Shown piece after piece: positions 27,883 through 32,622 of a stretch of 32,622 nucleotides of DNA. The stretch is taken from positions 1 to 32,622 of IMG/VR virus record IMGVR_UViG_3300027653_000038; one strand, given 5' to 3'. The notes beneath the pieces were generated by a model. The model did no database searches. It saw only the letters and a program-made list of their open reading frames with translations, and was not told where the DNA came from. This DNA is from a virus. Taxonomy: Duplodnaviria > Caudoviricetes. Position numbers and translations under genes: made by a program. Each line of letters opens with the position of its first letter. Position 1 is the first letter of the stretch.

Positions 27883-28202
27883 ATCAATCCCGCCTTTCTC
27901 AGTTCGTGCTTCACATCATCAAGTGAATATGCTACGAACGCCGTTCCTCCAGCCTTTTTAATCAATTCAATATGTGCTGCTTGTAATGGACTAACGACTC
28001 CACCCGGTTGTTTAACTTCAATGGCCACGAACAATCCATTTATACATGCCGTTATATCCGGTGTTCCTGCACGACTATATACAGATCCATGATTCTTAAT
28101 ATGGTAAGCACCCAATGAATCTAAATAACGTTGGATACTATTTTCTATACGCTTTTCACTCAATAAAATCATAGATGTCTGTTTGTTGAAGCTTTTCAAC
28201 AT
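27879..28202 (-). CDS. VRR-NUC domain nuclease (resolvase-like)
   Basis: GTPDI...FVAIEVK.PGG.VSPLQ PD-(D/E)xK motif. True start probably 28163-28172. Confidence 0.9.
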   Translation of the reverse strand: MLKSFNKQTSMILLSEKRIENSIQRYLDSLGAYHIKNHGSVYSRAGTPDITACINGLFVAIEVKQPGGVVSPLQAAHIELIKKAGGTAFVAYSLDDVKHELRKAGLI

Positions 28203-28587
28203 CCCTCTTTGTTGCTTTTTTAACTTTTATTTTTGGTTCAGCTTCTTGAAACCAGTAATCCTCTAAATCTTCAGATTGTATTTTGTTTTCTTCTACTAAT
28301 TCAGCTACACCAGGAATATTTAATTTGTTTTGTGTAACTCCTAAATCATTTGCAAGTTCAGCACGATCAAATTTCTTTGATTTTTTAATTTCAACTTTCA
28401 ATAAATACGGTTCATCATTTTTATAAACAAGAATTTCCTGTTTGGGTTCTAAAGACTCAATTATCTTCTCGGTTTTCTTTTTAACGAGATCCATATCTTT
28501 TTTACGTTGGTTTTTTAAAACTTCTACCTCATTAAACAGCCCATTAATTTCAGATTGTTTCATGTGCGTGTTTACATTAACGTCCAT
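28156..28587 (-). CDS. Hypothetical protein
   Basis: 143 aa ORF with AAAGGGG SD. Confidence 0.75.
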   Translation of the reverse strand: MDVNVNTHMKQSEINGLFNEVEVLKNQRKKDMDLVKKKTEKIIESLEPKQEILVYKNDEPYLLKVEIKKSKKFDRAELANDLGVTQNKLNIPGVAELVEENKIQSEDLEDYWFQEAEPKIKVKKATKRDVEKLQQTDIYDFIE

Positions 28588-28668
28588 GTATTAAATCCCC
28601 TTTCGTGTTATAATGTAGCTAATATTAGTTTTCAACGGATCCGTGTTGGTGCACGGGTCTTTTGTTAT

Positions 28669-28743
28669 TCAAGATGTAATGATGACTAGAATAACCGCTA
28701 TTGATATTGCTCCAGTAAAGCCGAATGAGTAGTGTCTTATCAA
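28669..28743 (-). CDS. Possible 24-aa hydrophobic peptide
   Basis: GGAGGTG SD, TTG start: MIRHYSFGFTGAISIAVILVIITS*. Confidence 0.5.
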   Translation of the reverse strand: MIRHYSFGFTGAISIAVILVIITS

Positions 28744-28757
28744 TTATTGTCCACCTC

Positions 28758-28838
28758 CTAAATCGTCATTGCGTAATACAAGAAAATAAATACTAGTGCT
28801 GCACAACCGATATAAAACATATCTATTAACTTACTCAT
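28758..28838 (-). CDS. Possible 26-aa hydrophobic peptide
   Basis: MSKLIDMFYIGCAALVFIFLYYAMTI*, overlapping the upstream stop. Confidence 0.5.
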   Translation of the reverse strand: MSKLIDMFYIGCAALVFIFLYYAMTI

Positions 28839-29076
28839 AGGCTTCTACCACCCTTTTTAATATTTTTAGTTTTTCGGGATCCCTCGCGACATCTTCTAAT
28901 AACTTCTCTGTCTCATAGATCGATTCTTCTTTGTTTTTAGCGTCCTGTATTTCTTCTAATGAATAGATAGCGTTTTGCAAGTTTGTTTTTGCGCTGTCAT
29001 ATCTTTTCTTTTCAAAGCATGTTTTTGACTCGATCAAGTAGTAGTTGAAACATAGCTCATTGTTTATGTGCGACAT
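28831..29076 (-). CDS. Hypothetical protein
   Basis: 81 aa ORF with GGGAGG SD. Confidence 0.75.
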   Translation of the reverse strand: MSHINNELCFNYYLIESKTCFEKKRYDSAKTNLQNAIYSLEEIQDAKNKEESIYETEKLLEDVARDPEKLKILKRVVEAYE

Positions 29077-29136
29077 TGTGGTCCTCCCTTTCCTCTCCCT
29101 CTCTGTTAGAATGTTGTTTAAGGGGAGGTGTTAAAT

Positions 29137-29397
29137 TTGAATAATATTGTATTTACTTTAGAATTCGATGATGATCCGGCTAATTCAAGAGCCAATTCTT
29201 ATTTAAAGAAGGGATGGACTCTATTACACGTCGGAACGAAACTTATTGATGTTTTAGACAATGGACAGGCTCTCTACAACACCACATATGTTGTAGGTGC
29301 TAATCAACAACAATATGATGATCATAAAAATGAATCGCCAGATGATGCTAATTTAGATGCACTTATTGCTAAATCTGAGAACGACGTCTCCAAATAG
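29137..29397 (+). CDS. Counter-oriented hypothetical protein (moron-like)
   Basis: GGGGAGGTG SD then TTG 29137. Extended -10 TGTTAGAAT at about 29104-29112. Confidence 0.75.
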   Translation: MNNIVFTLEFDDDPANSRANSYLKKGWTLLHVGTKLIDVLDNGQALYNTTYVVGANQQQYDDHKNESPDDANLDALIAKSENDVSK

Positions 29398-29572
29398 TCC
29401 TTTCAAAAAGTCCTTTATCCGCAAGATAGAGGGCTTTATTTACTTCTACATAACTCAGTCCACTTTTTAAGCTTAATTCCATTATTTTATCTAGAAGGCT
29501 GACCACTTCTTTAGGTTGATCTTCTGATAAAATATCTGTCGGCATTCCATCTGATAATTGAATTTTCTTCAT
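29369..29572 (-). CDS. Hypothetical protein
   Basis: Likely start MKKIQLSD at 29572 with GGGGAGG SD. Confidence 0.7.
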   Translation of the reverse strand: MKKIQLSDGMPTDILSEDQPKEVVSLLDKIMELSLKSGLSYVEVNKALYLADKGLFERTIWRRRSQI

Positions 29573-29581
29573 TATGAATCC

Positions 29582-29618
29582 TCCCCATCGATTGTCCCTA
29601 AAACGCGTATACCCACGC
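29582..29618. repeat. 37-bp direct repeat, copy 1
   Basis: TCCCCATCGATTGTCCCTAAAACGCGTATACCCACGC; 36/37 identical to 31186-31222. Confidence 0.97.
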
Positions 29619-29628
29619 ATTATTTTTA

Positions 29629-29844
29629 TTACCATTCAGCTGTAATTTCATCAATTGCCTCAAATGTAGGCTGAGCCAACCACCAACGCTTACGTCTTTT
29701 TCTACGTTCATGAATTCGTACTCGTGAATCACGTAATATTTCATCTTCCAAGTACCTGGCCGACATACACGTAATTTCTGTAAGTTTATTAATATCCACT
29801 AGCAATAATTGGTGATGAGTCTGTTTCTGTAATTCCTTTTGCAT
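29629..29844 (-). CDS. Excisionase-like winged-helix DNA-binding protein
   Basis: Small and basic (VDINKLTEITCMSARYLED...RKRRKRWW), second gene of the early operon. Function inferred. Confidence 0.6.
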   Translation of the reverse strand: MQKELQKQTHHQLLLVDINKLTEITCMSARYLEDEILRDSRVRIHERRKRRKRWWLAQPTFEAIDEITAEW

Positions 29845-29862
29845 AAGCTCTGTTCACCTACC

Positions 29863-30045
29863 TTAAATAGATAATATTTTTCGAATATGCTTGATGTGTT
29901 CTTGTGGTTTTGGTCCATCTTTTCGACCGTTTATAATGTCTGATAGATATACTGCTGAGATTCCAACTAATTTAGCTAATTCTTTTTGACTCATTTCTCG
30001 TTTAAATAACTCTGATCTAACCATCACTCCTAAGTCCTTTGACAT
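29863..30045 (-). CDS. Cro-like XRE HTH regulator
   Basis: MSQKELAKLVGISAVYLSDIINGRKDG. ATG 30045 has an AAAGGAG SD. Divergent from the repressor. Confidence 0.9.
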   Translation of the reverse strand: MSKDLGVMVRSELFKREMSQKELAKLVGISAVYLSDIINGRKDGPKPQEHIKHIRKILSI

Positions 30046-30107
30046 AAAAACTCTCCTTTCGAAAATGTATATATAAGCTAGATTATTAACTAATTTCCTA
30101 AAATACA

Positions 30108-30136
30108 TTGACCAGTAATGACTTTTATGCTAATAT
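30108..30136 (+). promoter_or_regulatory. Lysogenic promoter (repressor-immA-int)
   Basis: TTGACC-17 nt-TAATAT with an extended TG. The spacer contains an operator half-site AATGACTTTT. Confidence 0.65.
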
Positions 30137-30268
30137 CAAACCATAGCTAAATAAGACTTGTAAAAGCCTGTAACAATACATTCATCCGTTCCCCAACGCA
30201 TAAAATTGTATTTTGATAGGTCGTATTTTTTGTACTTATCTTTAGCTAATAAACTAGCTTATGAACAT

Positions 30269-30297
30269 AGTATAATGACTAAAAAGTCATTTGTCAA
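30269..30297 (-). promoter_or_regulatory. Lytic early promoter
   Basis: TTGACA-17 nt-TATACT on the minus strand, with the operator palindrome in the spacer. Confidence 0.85.
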
Positions 30298-30321
30298 TAC
30301 GTAAGTGACTTTTTAGTCATT
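30274..30321. promoter_or_regulatory. Two repressor operator palindromes
   Basis: AATGACT-aaaa-AGTCATT (30274-30291) and AGTGACT-tttt-AGTCATT (30304-30321). Confidence 0.8.
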
Positions 30322-30348
30322 ATGATGGTTTTATAAGCTCACGAAGGG

Positions 30349-30669
30349 TTGATTATAGTGGGTTTAATAGCAAGAATTAAGTTTCTTTGTGATAACAAAA
30401 AAGTAACTTTTGCAGAAGTAGAAAGAAAAATAGGGATTTCTAATGGACAAATTAGAAGGTGGGATAAAACTTCTCCCAATAGTGACACTCTAAAAAAAGT
30501 AGCCGACTACTTCAATGTATCTGTAGATTATCTACTAGGTCGTACAGATGATGAAGAAATACATACAATAGCAGCACATCATGATGGTGAGGATTGGACA
30601 GATGACGAACTAGAAGAAATTGAACGTTTCAAGGAGTTTGTGAGACTAAAAAGAAAACAACAGGAGTGA
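30349..30669 (+). CDS. CI/ImmR-like XRE repressor
   Basis: HTH with KVADYFNVSVDYLLGR and C-terminal TIAAHHDG..ELEEIERF. No peptidase domain. Start may be GTG 30358. Confidence 0.92.
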   Translation: MIIVGLIARIKFLCDNKKVTFAEVERKIGISNGQIRRWDKTSPNSDTLKKVADYFNVSVDYLLGRTDDEEIHTIAAHHDGEDWTDDELEEIERFKEFVRLKRKQQE

Positions 30670-30675
30670 TGCTAC

Positions 30676-31140
30676 TTGCGTTATGAATGTCTTTTGAACG
30701 AGGCTTATCAAAAAAATATAGACATCTATGAGGAGCCAATGAAATCTAGAATTAAAGGCCTATATGCGGATAATATAATTTGGATTAATAAAAACATTAG
30801 TACTTCCACAGAAAAGGCTGTTGTACTTGCTGAGGAACTTGGGCATTATCACACCACATCTGGAGACATACTGGATCAAACAAAAGTAGCGAATGTAAAA
30901 CAAGAAAAACTTGCTAGAAAATGGGCTGCAGAACGGCTAGTAACTCCAGCTAAATTAGTAGAAGCATTTGACTGTGGTTGTCGATCAAGGTTTGAAATTG
31001 CAGAAAAGTTAGAAGTGACAGAAGGTTTTTTATTAGAGAGTTTAAATTCTTATCGTGATAAATACGGTATTGAAATACAAGTAGATGAAGATCACACTTT
31101 GTTTTTAGATCCGTTAGCAGTATTTAAAGCAATTAAGTAA
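30676..31140 (+). CDS. ImmA/IrrE-family metallopeptidase (anti-repressor)
   Basis: IKGLY, LAEELGHY and KQEKLARKWA motifs, coupled to the repressor gene. Confidence 0.92.
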   Translation: MRYECLLNEAYQKNIDIYEEPMKSRIKGLYADNIIWINKNISTSTEKAVVLAEELGHYHTTSGDILDQTKVANVKQEKLARKWAAERLVTPAKLVEAFDCGCRSRFEIAEKLEVTEGFLLESLNSYRDKYGIEIQVDEDHTLFLDPLAVFKAIK

Positions 31141-31185
31141 TACATTATATTTAAGGAGGTGTTGCCTAGTGTATCTTTCCGGTTA

Positions 31186-31222
31186 TCCCCACCGATTGTC
31201 CCTAAAACGCGTATACCCACGC
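31186..31222. repeat. 37-bp direct repeat, copy 2 (integrase leader)
   Basis: TCCCCACCGATTGTCCCTAAAACGCGTATACCCACGC, ending 19 nt before the int ATG. Confidence 0.97.
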
Positions 31223-31241
31223 GATAGAAGGGTAGAGAAAG

Positions 31242-32429
31242 ATGAAGTTACACAATACGAAGGTTGATCACGATCTATACTATTACATCTTAAAAAGCGG
31301 TGAAAAGCGTTGGATGTACCGCCATAAATATTATGACAGATCTGGTAAGAGAAGAGAAAAGAAGAAAAGTGGCTTTAAAACGGAAAAAGCAGGCCTAAAG
31401 GCACTTTTAGAAGTAAAGTCCGCACTATTAAGTGGACATACTACGCAGATAGAACATGATCAAATGACTGTTTCTCAATGGTTGGATATTTGGTATGAAA
31501 CGAATGAGAGGTCCTGGGGAGTTAAAACGAAAAAGAATAGAAGGTCCCTTATTGATAATCACTACGATCCTTTATTAGGAAAGTACAAACTAAATGAATT
31601 AAGCAGAAACATCTATATAAGGGATTATATTAATGCGTTGTATAATATGGATCTAGCCCCCAGTTCAATTCAACAATATCATAATGTTTTTAAGGTTGCG
31701 ATTAACGCTGCCGTAGACGATGAAATAATTAGCAGAAACAGAATTAGAAAAGTCGTAATCGAACAAGATGATAAAAAAGACAACTTTTTAAATCCTGATG
31801 AATTAAATGCTTTTCTATCTTATGTGAAAAGTTATGGTAATATAACTAATTATACATTTGTTCTATTGCTAGCTTATTCCGGCCTTAGAAGTGGTGAAGG
31901 TGCTGGACTGAAATGGTCAAGCATCAATTTTAAGGAAGAAACAGTCACAGTAGAGTACACTAGAGACGGACATGGTTTAAGAAGGCCAAAAACAAAGAAC
32001 AGTAACCGAACAATAAAGATGGATAAAATAGTAATGAAGCAATTAAAAATATACCAAAAATGGTGTATTGAAACTAAGTTTTCTTATGGTAAACAACTAG
32101 ATAAGGAAAACGACTTTGTATTCATTTCACATCAAGGAGGAGAAGAAGTAAGTCATTATTATTTGGGACAATTTTTCGATAAATTTTATAAGAAAATTGA
32201 AGAAGATGATATTGACTTAAAAAGAATTACGCCACATGGTTTGCGCCACACACACGCTACAATATTGATTAGTTTATCTATTCCACCTAATGCAATAGCT
32301 GAACGCTTAGGTAATACAATAGAAATGATATATAAAATATATGCGCATTTCTATAAAGAATTAGAGACACAATCAGTAACTGTATTCGGTGAATTTCTAG
32401 CAAGTGGGGCTGATATTGGGGCTAAATAA
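31242..32429 (+). CDS. int: Tyrosine integrase
   Basis: Arm-binding N-terminus (KSGFKT), SGLRSGE, PKT, HGLRHTHAT and RLGN...IYAH motifs. Confidence 0.97.
   Translation: MKLHNTKVDHDLYYYILKSGEKRWMYRHKYYDRSGKRREKKKSGFKTEKAGLKALLEVKSALLSGHTTQIEHDQMTVSQWLDIWYETNERSWGVKTKKNRRSLIDNHYDPLLGKYKLNELSRNIYIRDYINALYNMDLAPSSIQQYHNVFKVAINAAVDDEIISRNRIRKVVIEQDDKKDNFLNPDELNAFLSYVKSYGNITNYTFVLLLAYSGLRSGEGAGLKWSSINFKEETVTVEYTRDGHGLRRPKTKNSNRTIKMDKIVMKQLKIYQKWCIETKFSYGKQLDKENDFVFISHQGGEEVSHYYLGQFFDKFYKKIEEDDIDLKRITPHGLRHTHATILISLSIPPNAIAERLGNTIEMIYKIYAHFYKELETQSVTVFGEFLASGADIGAK
32405..32423. repeat. Tandem TGGGGCT, probable integrase arm-type sites of the att region
   Basis: Copies at 32405 and 32417, at the 3' end of int. 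Confidence 0.55.
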
Positions 32430-32622
32430 ATTTAATAGTATCAGGATCCCTTACTAGTAATGGTTTATAAGCCGTCTTAACTGGACAGTTGTTCCTACGT
32501 CGCTTAAGTTAGAAAACGCCCAGTGGAACATCGACCGCGGCAAAGTGAAATCTATAGTAAAACTAATCTATTGCAATGTATTTATTGTGGTAGCCTTCGT
32601 TTCGCTTATGCAGATAATATTT

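Larger units (their letters stand above)
1..32470. mobile_element. Temperate siphovirus-like prophage (HK97-type head, probably cos-packaging); left part extends beyond the window
   Basis: Canonical module order: integrase, immunity, early/replication, packaging, head, tail. The right boundary is approximate, placed just after the integrase. Confidence 0.96.

Noticed and set aside
972-28092. Many plus-strand ORFs in the track (e.g. 1425-1763, 8628-8876, 10483-10821, 22732-23133, 24644-24994)
   Set aside because: Antisense shadows of well-supported minus-strand genes, with Ser/Phe/Leu-rich composition typical of reversed Glu/Lys codons.
31198-31205. CCC-TAA +1 frameshift motif within the repeat extending Int
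   Set aside because: It lies in the Int frame with no start upstream, and a further in-frame TAG precedes the ATG, so no extension is possible.
30676-32429. ImmA EELGH instead of HExxH, and integrase LGN instead of LGH, as signs of inactivation
   Set aside because: Both are common natural variants in Firmicute phage proteins of these families.
1-32622. DGR/reverse transcriptase, arbitrium, CRISPR, tRNA or known defence operon
   Set aside because: No RT, TPR receptor/peptide pair, regular repeat-spacer array or cloverleaf was recognised.

Overview
The window is most of a temperate siphovirus-type prophage from a low-GC Firmicute (Bacillaceae-like host, inferred). Nearly all genes are on the minus strand. 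Reading right to left: tyrosine integrase and probable prophage end; ImmA/ImmR-like immunity genes (+ strand); a switch region with face-to-face promoters; cro and a xis-like gene; a replication/recombination module (VRR-NUC, free-standing HNH-like protein, SF2 helicase, YqaJ-DUF1351 fusion, AAA ATPase, DUF669-like protein, family-B polymerase, dUTPase, P4/D5-like primase-helicase, iteron origin); a RinA/ArpU activator; a lipoprotein moron; HNH, candidate cos, terS and terL; an HK97-type head; and tail genes up to the distal tail protein, which runs off the left edge. The most notable unexplained signal is a 37-bp near-perfect direct repeat. One copy lies just downstream of the xis-like gene in the minus-strand lytic transcript and the other in the structured, uORF-containing leader of the plus-strand integrase, so the lytic mRNA is antisense to the int leader. 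Other oddities are an apparently proofreading-dead PolB, a likely ATC start codon for the primase, a fused gene with a retained internal start, and a capsid-decoration-like collagen protein placed after the major tail gene. All family assignments are from motif recognition and synteny, not database searches.
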